Notes under the pieces: generated by a model | Databases searched by the model: none | Told to the model about the DNA's origin: nothing | What the model saw: the letters and a program-made list of their open reading frames with translations, nothing else | From: Nitrospirales bacterium | Lineage (GTDB): Bacteria; Nitrospirota; Nitrospiria; Nitrospirales; UBA8639 | Assembly (NCBI GenBank): GCA_965203295.1 | Contig: CBDBCZ010000015.1 | Span: 1,216,001 to 1,280,000 of the forward strand | Direction: 5' to 3' | DNA: 64,000 bases | Position numbers and translations under genes: made by a program | In this document: positions 38,901 through 50,869 of the stretch, one piece after another | How the letters are laid out: every line of letters starts with the position of its first letter | Numbering within the stretch: the first letter of the stretch is position 1

Positions 38901-41900
38901 AGGAAAGAAGGATTTTATTGAAAATTGTTAGTTTTGTTGGTCTCAGGCAAAGACTTTCAGCTAAAGTAACTAGCTACCATTGATCTGACCCTTCCTAACT
39001 GTTTAGGAAAAGAACTGGTTATTCAAAGGCTTGTTTAGTTTTAATGATGTTAGTCGGATACAATACATGTTTAGGAAGTGTCGATGTTCAAGAAAGGAAC
39101 TGGTTATTCAAAGGCTTGTTTAGTTTGGTTGATGTTAGTCTGAAGATTAGGAAAGAAGGATTTTATTGAAAATTGTTAGTTTTGTTGGTCTCTAGCAAAG
39201 ACTTTAAGCCAAAGTAACTAGCTACCATTTATCTGAACCTTCCCAACTGTTTAGAAAAAGAACTGGTTATTCAAAGGCCTGTTTAGTTTTTTTTTATGTT
39301 AGCCTGAAGATTAGGAAAGAAGGATTTTATTGAAAATTGTTAGTTTTGTTGGTCTCTTGCAATGACTTTAATTCAGCCAAAGTTACTAGCTACCATTGAT
39401 CTGACCCTTCCCAACTGTTTAGAAAAAATGCTGGTTATTCAAAGGCTTGTTTTGTTTGAATGATATTAGTCAGATGCAATACATGCTTAGGAAGTATCAA
39501 TGTTCAAGAAAGGAACTGGTTATTCAAAGGCTTGTTTAGTTTGGTTGATGTTAGTCTGAAGATTAGGAAATGAGGATTTTATTGAAAGTTGTTAGTTTTG
39601 TTGGTCTCTAGCAAAGACTTTAACCCAAAGTAACTTGCTACCATTTATCTGACCCCTCCCAACTGTTTAGAAAAAGAGCTGGTTATTCAAAGGCTTGTTT
39701 TGTTTGAATGATATTAGTCAGATACAATACATGCTTAGGAAGTATCGATGTTCAAGAAAGGAACTTGTTATTCAAGGGCTTGTTTAGTTTGGTTGATGTT
39801 AGTCTGAAGATTAGGAAAGAAGGATTTTAATGAAAATTATTAGTTTTGTTTGTCTCTAGCAAAGACTTTAAGCCAAAGTTACTAGCTACATTTGATCTGA
39901 CCCTTCCCAACTGTTTAGAAAAAGAGCTGGTTATTCAAAACCTTGTTTAGTTTGAATGATGTTAGTCTGAAGATTAGGAAAGAAGGATTTTATTGAAAAT
40001 TGTTAGTTTTTTTGGTCTCTAGCAAAGACTTTGAGCCAAAGTAACTAGCTACCATTGATCTGACCCTTCCCAGCTGTTTAGGAAAAGAACTGGTTATTCA
40101 AAGGCTTGATTATTTTTAATGATGTTAGTCGAATACAATACATGTTTAAGAAGTGTTGATGTTCAAGAAAAGAACTGGTTATTCTAAGGCTTGTTTAGTT
40201 TGGTTGATGTTTATCTGAAGATTAGGAAAGAAGGATTTTATTGAAAATTGTTAGTTTTGTTGGTCTCAGGCAAAGACTTTCAGCCAAAGTAACTAGCTAC
40301 CATTCATCTGACCCTTCCTAACTGTTTAGGAAAAGAACTGGTTATTCAAAGGCTTGTTTAGTTTGAATGATGTTAGTCTTAAGATTAGGAAAGAAGGATT
40401 TTATTGAAAATTGTTAGTTTTGTTGGTCTCTAGCAAAGACTTTAAGCCAAAGTAACTGGCTACCATTGATCTGATCCTTCCCAACTATTTAGAAAAAGAG
40501 CTGGTTATTCAAAGGCTTGTTTTCTTTGAATGATATTAGTCAGATACAATACATGCTTAGGAAGTATCAATGTTCAAGAAAGGAACTGGTTATTCAAAGG
40601 CTTGTTTAGTTTGGTTGATGTTAGTCTGAAGATTAGGAAAGAAGGATTTTATTGAAAATTGTTATTTTTTTTGGTCTCAGGCAAATACTTTCAGCCAAAG
40701 TAACTGGCTACCATTGATCTGACCCTTCCCAACTATTTAGGAAAAGAACTTGTTATTCAAAGGCTTGTTTAGTTTGAATGATGTTAGTCAGATACAATAC
40801 ATGCTTAGGAAGTATCGATGTTCAAGAAAGGAACTGGTTATTCAAATGCTTATTTTGTTTGGTTGATGTTAGTCTGCAGATTAGGAAAGAAGTATTTTAT
40901 AGAAAATCGTTAGTTTTGTTGGTCTCTAGCAAAGACTTTGAGCCAAAGTAACTAGTAACCATTGATCTGACCCTTCCCAACTGTTTAGGAAAAGAACTTG
41001 TTATTTAAAGGCTTGATTAGTTTTAATGATGTTAGTCGGATACAATACATGTTTAGGAAGTGTCGATGTTCAAGAAAGGAACTGGTTATTCTAAGGCTTG
41101 TTTAGTTTGGTTGATGTTAGTCTTAAGATTAGGAAAGAAGGATTTTATTGAAAATTGTTAGTTTTGTTGGTCACAGGCAAAGACTTTCAGCCAAAGTTAC
41201 TAGCTACCATTGATCTGACCCTTAAATTCCTAACTGTTTAGGAAAAGAACTGGTTATTCAAAGAAGGCTTGTTTAGTTTGAATGATGTTAGTCTGAAGAT
41301 TAGGAAAGAAGGATTTTATTGAAAATTGTTAGTTTTGTTGGTCTCTAGCAAAGACTTTAAGCCAAAGTAACTAGCTACCATTTTTCTGACCCTTCCCAAC
41401 TGTTTAGAAAAAGAACTTGTTATTCAAAGGCCTGTTTAGTTTTTTTGATGTTAGCCTGAAGATTAGGAAAGAAGGATTTTATTGAAAATTGTTAGTTTTG
41501 TTGGTCTCTAGCAAAGAATTTAAGCCAAAGTTACTAGCTACCATTTATCTGACCCTTCCAAACTATTTAGAAAATGAGCTGGTTATTTAAAGGTTTGTTT
41601 TGTTTGAATGATATTAGTCAGATTCAATACATGCTTAGGAAGTATCAATGTTCAAGAAAAGAACTGGTTATTCAAAGGCTTGCTTAGTTTGGTTGATGTT
41701 AGTTTGCAGATTAGGAAAGAAGGATTTTATTTAAAATTGTTAGTTTTGTTGTCTCTAGCAAAGACTTTAAGCCAAAGTAACTTGCTACCATTTATCTGAC
41801 CCTTCCCAACTGTTTAGAAAAAGAGCTGGTTATTCAAAGGCCTGTTTAGTTTGGTTGATGTTACCCTGAAGATTAGGAAAGAAGGATTTTATCGAAAATT

Positions 41901-43329
41901 GTTAGTTTTGTTGGTCTCAGGCAAAGACTTTCAGCCAAAGTAACTGGCTACCATTGATCTGACCCTTCCCAACTGTTTAGGAAAATAATTTGTTATTCAA
42001 AGGCTTGTTTAGTTTGAATGATGTTAGTCAGATACAATACAAGCTTAGGAAGTATCGATTAGGAAAGAAGGATTTTATTTAAAATTGTTAGTTTTGTTGT
42101 CTCTAGCAAAGACTTTAAGCCAAAGTAACTAGATAGCATTGATCTGACCCTTCCTAACTGTTTAGGAAAAGAACTGGTTATTCAAAGGCTTGTTTAGTTT
42201 GAATGATGTTAGTCAGATACAATACACGCTTAGGAAGTATCGCTGTTCAAGAAAGGAACTGGTTATTCAAAGGCTTGATTAGTTTTAATGATGTTAGTCG
42301 GATACAATACATGTTTAGGAAGTGTCGATGTTCAAGAAAGGAACTGGTTATTCAAAGGCTTATTTAGTTTGGTTGATGTTAGTCTGATGATTAGGAAAGA
42401 AGGATTTTATTGAAAATTGTTAGTTTTGTTGGTCTCAGGCAAAGACTTTCAGCCAAAGTAACTAGCTACCATTGATCTGACCCTTCCTAACTGTTTAGGA
42501 AAAGAACTGGTTATTCAAAGGCCTGTTTAGTTTGAATGATGTTTGTCAGATACAATACACGCTTAGGAAGTATCGATGTTTAAGAAAGGAAGTGGTTATT
42601 CAAAAGCTTGTTTAGTTTGGTTGATGTTAGTCTGAAGATTAGGAAAGAAGGATTTTATTGAAAATTGTTAGTTTTGTTGGTCTCAGGCAAAGACTTTCAT
42701 CCAAAGTAACTGGCTACCATTGATCTGACCCTTCCCAACTGTTTAGGAAAAGAACTGGTTATTCAAAGGCTTGTTTAGTTTGAATGATGTTAGTCAGATA
42801 CAATACACGCTTAGGAAGTATCGATGTTCAAGAAAGGAACTGGTTATTCAAAGGCTTGTTTAGTTTGGTTGATGTTAGTCTGCAGATTAGGAAAGAAGTA
42901 TTTTATTGAAAATCGTTAGTTTCGTTGGTCTCTAGGAAAGACTTTGAGCCAAAGTAACTAGCTACCATTGATCTGACCATTCCCAACTGTTTAGGAAAAG
43001 AACTGGTTATTCAAAGGCTTGTTTAGTTTGAATGATGGTAGTCAGATACAATACCTGCTCAGGAAGTATCGATGTTCAAGAAAGGAACTGGTTATTCAAA
43101 GGCTTGTTTAGTTTGCTTGATGTTATTCTGCAGATTAGGAAAGAAGTATTTTATTGAAAATTGTTTGTTTTGTTGGTCTCTAGCAAAGACTTTAAGCCAA
43201 AGTAACTAGCTACCATTTATCTGACCCTTCCCAACTGTTTAGAAAAAGAACTGGTTATTCAAAGGCCTGTTTAGTTTGAATGATGTTAGTCAGATACAAT
43301 ACACGCTTAGGAAGTATCAATGTTCAAGA

Positions 43330-46300
43330 AAGGAACTGGTTATTCAAAGGCTTGTTTAGTTTGGTTAATGTTAGTCTGAAGATTAGGAAAGAAGGATTTT
43401 ATTTAAAATTGTTAATTTTTTTGTCTCTAGCAAAGACTTTAAGCCAAAGTCACTAGCTACCATTTATCTGATCCTTCCTAACTGTTTAGAAAAAAAACTG
43501 GTTATTCAAAGGCTTGTTTTGGTTGCATGATATTAGTCGGATACAATACATGCTTAGGAAGTATCAATGTTCAAGAAAGGAACTGGTTATTCAAAGGCTT
43601 GTTTAGTTTGGTTGATGTTAGTCTGAAGATTAGGAAAGAAGGATTTTATTGAAAATTGTTAGTTTTGTTGGTCTCTAGCAAAGACTTTAAGCCAAAGTAA
43701 CTAGCTACCATTGATCTGACCCTTCCCAACTATTTAGGAAAACAATTGGTTATTCAAAGGCTTGTTTAGTTTGAATGATGTTAGTCTGAAGATTAGGAAA
43801 GAAGGATTTTATTGAAAATTGTTAGTTTTGTTGGTCTCTAGCAAAGACTTTAAGCCAAAGTAACTAGCTACCATTTATCTGACCTTTCCCAACTGTTTAG
43901 AAAAGGAACTAGTTATTCAAAGGGCTGTTTAGTTTTGTTGATGTTAGCCTGAAGATTAGGAAAGAAGGATTTTATTGAAAATTGTTAGTTTTGTTAGTCT
44001 CTTGCAATGACTTTAATTAAGCCAAAGTTACTAGCTACCATTGATCTGACCTTTCCGAACTAATTAGAAAAAGTGCTGGTTATTCAAAGGCTTGTTTTGT
44101 TTGAATGATATTAGTCAGATACAATACATGCTTAGGAAGTATCAATGTTCAAGAAAGGAACTGGTTATTCAAAAGCTTGTTTAGTTTGGTTGATGTTAGT
44201 CTGAAGATTAGGAAAGAAGGATTTTATTGAAAATTGTTAGTTTTGTTGGTCTCTAGCAAAGACTTTAAGCCAAAGTAACTTGCTACCATTTATCTGACCC
44301 TTCCCAACTGTTTAGAAAAAGAGCTGGTTATTCAAAGGCCTGTTTAGTTTTGTTGATGTTAGCCTGAAGATTAGGAAAGAAGGATTTTATTGAAAATTGT
44401 TAGTTTTGTTGGTCTCAGGCAAAGACTTTCAGCCAATGTAACTGGCTACCATTGATCTGACCCTTTCCAACTGTTTTGGAAAAGAACTGGTTATTCAAAG
44501 GCTTGTTTAGTTTGAATGATGTTAGTCAGATACAATACATGCTTAGGAAGTATCGATGTTCAAGAAAGGAACTGGTTATTCAAAGGCTTGTTTAGTTTGC
44601 TTAATGTTAGTCTGCAGATTAGGAAAGAAGTATTTTAAAGAAAATCGTTAGTTTTGTTGGTCTCTAGCAAAGACTTTGAGCCAAAGTAACTAGCTACCAT
44701 TGATCTGACCCTTCCCAACTGTTTAGGAAAAGAACCTGTTATTCAAAGGCTTGATTAGTTTTAATGATGTTAGTCGGATACAATACATGTTTAGGAAGTG
44801 TCGATGTTCAAGAAAGGAACTGGTTATTCAAAGGCTTGTTTAGTTTGGTTAATGTTAGTCTGAAGATTAGGAAAGAAGGATTTTATTTAAAATTGTTAAT
44901 TTTTTTGTCTCTAGCAAAGACTTTAAGCCAAAGTCACTAGCTACCATTTATCTGATCCTTCCTAACTGTTTAGAAAAAAAACTGGTTATTCAAAGGCTTG
45001 TTTTGGTTGCATGATATTAGTCGGATACAATACATGCTTAGGAAGTATCAATGTTCAAGAAAGGAACTGGTTATTCAAAGGCTTGTTTAGTTTGGTTGAT
45101 GTTAGTCTGAAGATTAGGAAAGAAGGATTTTATTGAAAATTGTTAGTTTTGTTGGTCTCTAGCAAAGACTTTAAGCCAAAGTAACTAGCTACCATTGATC
45201 TGACCCTTCCCAACTATTTAGGAAAACAACTGGTTATTCAAAGGCTTGTTTAGTTTGAATGATGTTAGTCTGAAGATTAGGAAAGAAGGATTTTATTGAA
45301 AATTGTTAGTTTTGTTGGTCTCTAGCAAAGACTTTAAGCCAAAGTAACTAGCTACCATTTATCTGACCTTTCCCAACTGTTTAGAAAAGGAACTAGTTAT
45401 TCAAAGGGCTGTTTAGTTTTGTTGATGTTAGCCTGAAGATTAGGAAAGAAGGATTTTATTGAAAATTGTTAGTTTTGTTAGTCTCTTGCAATGACTTTAA
45501 TTAAGCCAAAGTTACTAGCTACCATTGATCTGACCTTTCCGAACTAATTAGAAAAAGTGCTGGTTATTCAAAGGCTTGTTTTGTTTGAATGATATTAGTC
45601 AGATACAATACATGCTTAGGAAGTATCAATGTTCAAGAAAGGAACTGGTTATTCAAAAGCTTGTTTAGTTTGGTTGATGTTAGTCTGAAGATTAGGAAAG
45701 AAGGATTTTATTGAAAATTGTTAGTCTGTTGGTCTCTAGCAAAGACTTTAAGCCAAAGTAACTTGCTACCATTTATCTGACCCTTCCCAACTGTTTAGAA
45801 AAAGAGCTGGTTATTCAAAGGCCTGTTTAGTTTTGTTGATGTTAGCCTGAAGATTAGGAAAGAAGGATTTTATTGAAAATTGTTAGTTTTGTTGGTCTCA
45901 GGCAGAGACTTTCAGCCAATGTAACTGGCTACCATTGATCTGACCCTTTCCAACTGTTTTGGAAAAGAACTGGTTATTCAAAGGCTTGTTTAGTTTGAAT
46001 GATGTTAGTCAGATACAATACATGCTTAGGAAGTATCGATGTTCAAGAAAGGAACTGGTTATTCAAAGGCTTGTTTAGTTTGCTTAATGTTAGTCTGCAG
46101 ATTAGGAAAGAAGTATTTTATAGAAAATCGTTAGTTTTGTTGGTCTCTAGCAAAGACTTTGAGCCAAAGTAACTAGCTACCATTGATCTGACCCTTCCCA
46201 ACTGTTTAGGAAAAGAACCTGTTATTCAAAGGCTTGATTAGTTTTAATGATGTTAGTCGGATACAATACATGTTTAGGAAGTGTCGATGTTCAAGAAAGG

Positions 46301-46330
46301 AACTGGTTATTCAAAGGCTTGTTTAGTTTG
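43330..46330 (+). repeat. 1484-bp tandem duplication within the array
   Basis: ggttgcatga at 43521 and 45005. The ttaatg core variant at 43365 and 44849. Confidence 0.9.
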
Positions 46331-48341
46331 GTTGATGTTAGTCTGAAGATTAGGAAAGAAGGATTTTATTGAAAATTGTTAGTTTTATTGGTCTCAGGCA
46401 AAGACTTTCAGCAAAAGTAACTAGCTACCATTGATCTGACCGTTCCTAACTGTTTAGGAAAAAAACTGGTTATTCAAAGGCTTGTTTAGTTTGAATGATG
46501 TTAGTCTGAAGATTAAGAAAGAAGGATTTTATTGAAAATTGTTAGTTTTGTTGGTCTCTAGCAAAGACTTTAAGCCAAAGTAACTAGCTACCATTTATCT
46601 GACCCTTCCCAACTGTTTAGAAAAAGAGCTGGTTATTCAAAGGCCTTTTTAGTTTTGTTGATGTTAGCCTGAAGATTAGGAAAGAAGGATTTTATTGAAA
46701 ATTGTTAGTTTTGTTGGTCTCAGGCAAAGACTTTCAGCCAATGTAACTGGCTGCCATTGATCTGACCCTTTCCAACTGTTTTGGAAAAGAACTGGATAAT
46801 TATTCAAAGGCTTGTTTAGTTTGAATGATGTTAGTCAGATACAATACATGCTTAGGAAGTATCGATGTTCAAGAAAGGAACTGGTTATTCAAAGGCTTGT
46901 TTAGTTTGCTTGATGTTAGTCTGCAGATTAGGAAAGAAGTATTTTATAGAAAATCGTTAGTTTTGTTGGTCTCTAGCAAAGACTTTGAGCCAAAGTAACT
47001 AGCTACCATTGATCTGACCTTTCCCAACTGTTTAGGAAAAGAACCTGTTATTGAAAGGCTTGATTAGTTTTAATGATGTTAGTCGGATACAATACATGTT
47101 TAGGAAGTGTCGATGTTCAAGAAAGGAACTGGTTATTGAAAGGCTTGTTTAGTTTGGTTGATGTTAGTCTGAAGATTAGGAAAGAAGGATTTTATTGAAA
47201 ATTGTTAGTTTTGTTGGTCTCAGGCAAAGACTTTCAGCAAAAGTAACTAGCTACCATTGATCTGACCCTTACCAACTGTTTTGGAAAAGAGCTGGTTATT
47301 CAAAGGCCTTTTTAGTTTTGTTGATGTTAGCCTGAAGATTAGGAAAGAAGGATTTTATTGAAAATTGTTAGTTTTGTTGGTCTCATGCAAAGACTTTCAG
47401 CCAATGTAACTGGCTACCATTGATCTGACCCTTTCCAACTGTTTTGGAAAAGAACTGGTTATTCAAAGGCTTGTTTAGTTTGCTCAGATACAATACATGC
47501 TTAGGAAGTATCGATGTTCAAGAAAGGAACTGTTTATTCAAAGGCTTGTTTAGTTTGGTTGATGTTAGTCTGAAGATTAGGAAAGAAGGATTTTATTGAA
47601 AATCGTTAGTTTTGTTGATCTCTAGCAAAGACTTTGAGCCAAAGTAACTAGCTGCCATTGATCTGACCCTTACCAACTGTTTTGGAAAAGAACTGGTTAT
47701 TCTAAGGCTTGATTAGTTTTAATGATGTTAGTCGGATACAATACATGTTTAGGAAGTATCGATGTTCAAGGAAGGAACTGGTTATTCAAAGGCTTGTTTA
47801 GTTTAGTTGATGTTTGTCTGAAGATTAGGACAGAAGGATTTTATTTAAAATTGTTAGTTTTTTTGTCTCTAGCAAAGACTTTAAGCCAAAGTAACTAGCT
47901 ACCATTTATCTGGCCCGATACCCAGTATATCCAGCTTGTTCACGCTTGAATCATTGTGATCGCTTCAGCCATTATCGTGTTAGCCTGGCTAAAGAAAGAA
48001 GAAAGAATTGTACGATTACGCCCCTCGCCTCCACTGTGTCGACTTGCCCGTCTGGTACTCCAGCGAAGGTTTCTTGCAACGCCAACAGTCTTGTTGCTGA
48101 TGAAAACACTCGAGATGTCATATGGTTCATAAAAGCCTATGACTATAATCAAAGCCGAGTTCTTAACGTATGATTTTTTACGCGTTATATGGGGCCGCCA
48201 TTTTTTTGCCGTGCCATCCCTACATATGGAGTACTATCGCACTCCATGATTACTTGATACATAAGCTCCTCCTCCACTTTCTGTAGCTACATTGTTAACA
48301 CTTCCACTTATTTGGAGCTGTTGAAGCTTATCAGCATGTTT

Positions 48342-48450
48342 ATAATTGGGCGAGCATGAGCGAGCCCCGCACTAGTGTGTTCAATTGAGAATTTGTCTGT
48401 GCGTACGGTGTACGTACATGCGTGTGTACGTGCGTACGTACATACTGCAT
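48342..48450 (+). mobile_element. Possible end of a non-autonomous Helentron/HINE-like interspersed repeat
   Basis: ataattgggcgagcatgagcgagccccgcac followed by a low-complexity gtac/gtgc tract. Assigned on architecture only. Confidence 0.35.
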
Positions 48451-48535
48451 ATTGTTTTGCGGTTCAATATAACATTTCAAATAGTTTCCGTAATATTCCA
48501 GATTGTTCACGTGGCCACGGTGGCTGCAGTGCAGC

Positions 48536-49180
48536 TAGCTTAGGGATGCTCTCACAGAGTAGACTGCAGCGGCAGAGGCTACAGCGTCAGTATTATTTTG
48601 AAGTATGTTCTTCATGAGCTTTAGGCTACTGTTAACGGATTGAAGAGTACCACCCATCAAATGAGCAGAGTTTCTTTGAAACGTGTTCCTTGTGAGGGAT
48701 AGCATAGAGCTTCTGACATCAAGAGAACCTCTGTAATCAGCGGTATTATTCTAAAATGTGTTTTCTGTTGGTGTAAGTTCGCTGTTGAATGTGTTGTTGT
48801 TTGCAGAGTTGTTCCATAAGTATATGCGAGGTTATTCTGAAAATGTTAAGTTTGGGATACTATTTCTAGTATTAAGACTGCCTCCTTCGTTAGCTGTCTC
48901 TGTGAGGATGGCAATGCTATTCTGACGTAGATGGCACCTCCTTCCTTGGCAATGTTGTTCAGAAACGTGTTGTTTGTTACCATAATTCTGCTGCTCTTGT
49001 GAGCATATAGAGTACCTCCGTGATAGGCAGAGTGGTTTTGAAACATGTTTTGTGTTAGGCTAACGTCACTATTTCTCACATAAATTGCACCTCCATTTTT
49101 CTTTGCTACCAGTTGGTAAAATGTTGATCTGAAAAATACAATTTGAAATTCTTGAATAGCCCACTGACAATAATTCTATT
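48536..49180 (-). pseudogene. Decayed Pmp-like right-handed beta-helix repeat gene (GGAI / FxxN repeats)
   Basis: Minus strand reads KKNGGAIYVRNSDVSLTQNMFQNHSAYHGGTLYAHKSSRIMVTNNTFLNNIAKEGGAIYVR. After frameshifts it continues NTF*NNTADYRGSLDVRSSMLSLTRNTFQRNSAHLMGGTLQSVNSSLKLMKNILQNN. Confidence 0.75.
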
Positions 49181-49369
49181 GCCACGTTTGGAATGTGATT
49201 GTGTCCATAAAGTAGTAGAATCCTGGACGAAGCCTAAGATAACTATTTTGTCCCATTTTATGTAAGCATCAAGTGGACAAAGTTATCGTGGCTTCCAATT
49301 TTAATTAATCCACCCAAACCTATAGTGGAATCTCTATAGTAAGCATTCACCCTCGGACAATGGCTGTAA

Positions 49370-49933
49370 TACCGTATAGCGGGAAATTTTCGCTGAGGAG
49401 AAATTTCGCCAAACCCAGATGCGTAGTATTGCCGGAAAATTTCGGCAGATTTATATTCGCGCTCATGCAATTGTCTAAAATTAAATTCGATGGCATTATC
49501 AATAATTATTCCATTCAACACAGCAGTTTAGCAGTCTCGAGAAGGTTGAAAAAGTGTCTTGCTGCCGCAGAATCTCCGTTCTCACTAGCGATTTGGACTT
49601 CAGTTCATTACTTAGCATCATACGTATAAGGCCCTCTTTTTGCCTTTGTAGCCTCTTCTTGGTGCCGAGCGTTGGTAGCGGCTACGTTCGCTTCCGCAAT
49701 TGCCGATGATAGCAACGATGATGGCAGTGCCCCCATTGAGTCAGGGAGCTAAATAACGCAGCAGAGCCATACCGGTAGTCGATGGTGAGCTTAACTTTCG
49801 CAGCTGCATGCTACCGTTGACTATGTGTAAAATATTCACCTGTTCAAATTTCACCGGTTAATTTTTCGCACTTGAGCTGACTGGCGAAATTGGCGAAAAT
49901 TTACGCTGGGTGAAAATTTCCCGCTATACGGTA
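49370..49933. mobile_element. MITE with perfect 22-bp terminal inverted repeats
   Basis: taccgtatagcgggaaattttc (49370-49391) and gaaaatttcccgctatacggta (49912-49933). TAA flanks both sides; alternatively the terminal TA is the TSD. Subterminal tttcgcc/ggcgaaa motifs. Confidence 0.92.
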
Positions 49934-50824
49934 TAAGAGGTGGTTGTATCCACGGTATTACGAGGTCCACTGTGCACTACCAACATGTAGGTTGGGCCAC
50001 ATATGGTGGCCATTATAGGGAGGTGGCTGCCACAGCGTGACCCTATTACAGACACAGTGAAACATACAATAAAGTACATTTAAGTACGTGCACTCATGTA
50101 GTATCAAAACATCTAGATGTACATGTATTAAACAGGCAGATAAGTGATCGATATATAACACAGTCAGTCTGACTTTGGAACACAAAAAATTAACTCAGTT
50201 CTATAAAAAGGCTCTATAGTTCACTGGCCGTGAGAGGGTAACTGCTCTAAGGTTATTGGAGTTGATTAATTCCCTCTTTCTACTCTCCACCAGACCACAA
50301 TGACGCCACACAGAGTGAACTGAAGTGGTATATAGCAGCCAGGCAGGTGAGTCAGGAAGGCCTCCAGCTATAATTACCCACCTGCAAACTCTGATCAAAC
50401 AAGTCTGACATTTCATGTCTAAAAAAACAGCCGGACGCCTTTCCCCGTACAATACACACAACTCAGCTTAGGCCAAGCTATTAAAATCCAGCACTTGGAC
50501 AATTGTCATCAACGGTAGTGAGAATGAATTGGTACAGTACAAGTTGCTTTTGGTACATGTAGCACTGCCATTTTCATAACATTGCCGCGATTGAGAATAC
50601 TGCAAACTCTATGGCATGGAAATTCACGTCTGGGTCAATAGTGTGGCAATACATACATGTACGTCACATTTGTCGATCCACATGTACATACATGTACGTC
50701 TGTTAGAGATATGTCAATGATTAGCTATTGTTCATGTTGTAGTTGTAACCATGCTCAAAGATGCTTTAGGCCCTTTCCTGTTTTCTTGTACATAGACTTC
50801 TGACTCCTGATTTTCCCTTGTCCT

Positions 50825-50869
50825 TGCCACCTGTTCTTGTGCCACCTGTTCTTGTGCCACCTGTTCTTG
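50825..50869 (+). repeat. 15-bp tandem repeat, 3 copies (tgccacctgttcttg)
   Basis: Read directly from the sequence. Confidence 0.95.

Larger units (their letters stand above)
1..47916 (+). repeat. Composite satellite array of 163-bp (L) and 85-bp (S) monomers sharing a 43-bp core
   Basis: Core-to-core spacing is 163 (879 to 1042) when the core is followed by tgaagattaggaaagaagg...ctgtttagaaaaag. It is 85 (631 to 716) when followed by agatacaatacatgcttaggaagtatcgatgttcaagaaagg. Same orientation throughout. Last matching bases are accatttatctggccc, ending ~47916. Roughly 350 monomers, estimated from length. Confidence 0.98.

Noticed and set aside
4479..41799. Recurring 63-80 aa ORFs (MILVRYNTCLGS...)
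   Set aside because: These are chance open frames across S-L junctions. Most equivalent monomers carry stops or frameshifts, and I recognise no domain.
1..47916. CRISPR-like layout (43-bp constant repeat plus 42-bp spacer)
   Set aside because: The tails are only two recurring sequences rather than unique spacers. There are no cas genes or leader, and the flank is eukaryotic with spliceosomal introns.
1..47916. ttagg motifs as telomeric repeats
   Set aside because: They are isolated pentamers inside monomers and never form tandem TTAGG or TTAGGG runs.
1..47916. Tandem tRNA, 5S or snRNA gene array
   Set aside because: I could not recognise a cloverleaf, A/B boxes or any conserved RNA gene sequence in either monomer.
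47916..47938. Junction sequence cgatacccagtatatccagcttg resembles 55201-55224 in TRAPPC13 copy 2
   Set aside because: The match is about 20 of 24 bases with a gap and does not extend on either side, so it is compatible with chance.
49258..49629. ORFs on both strands overlapping the MITE
   Set aside because: They cross the TIR boundary and show no transposase motifs.
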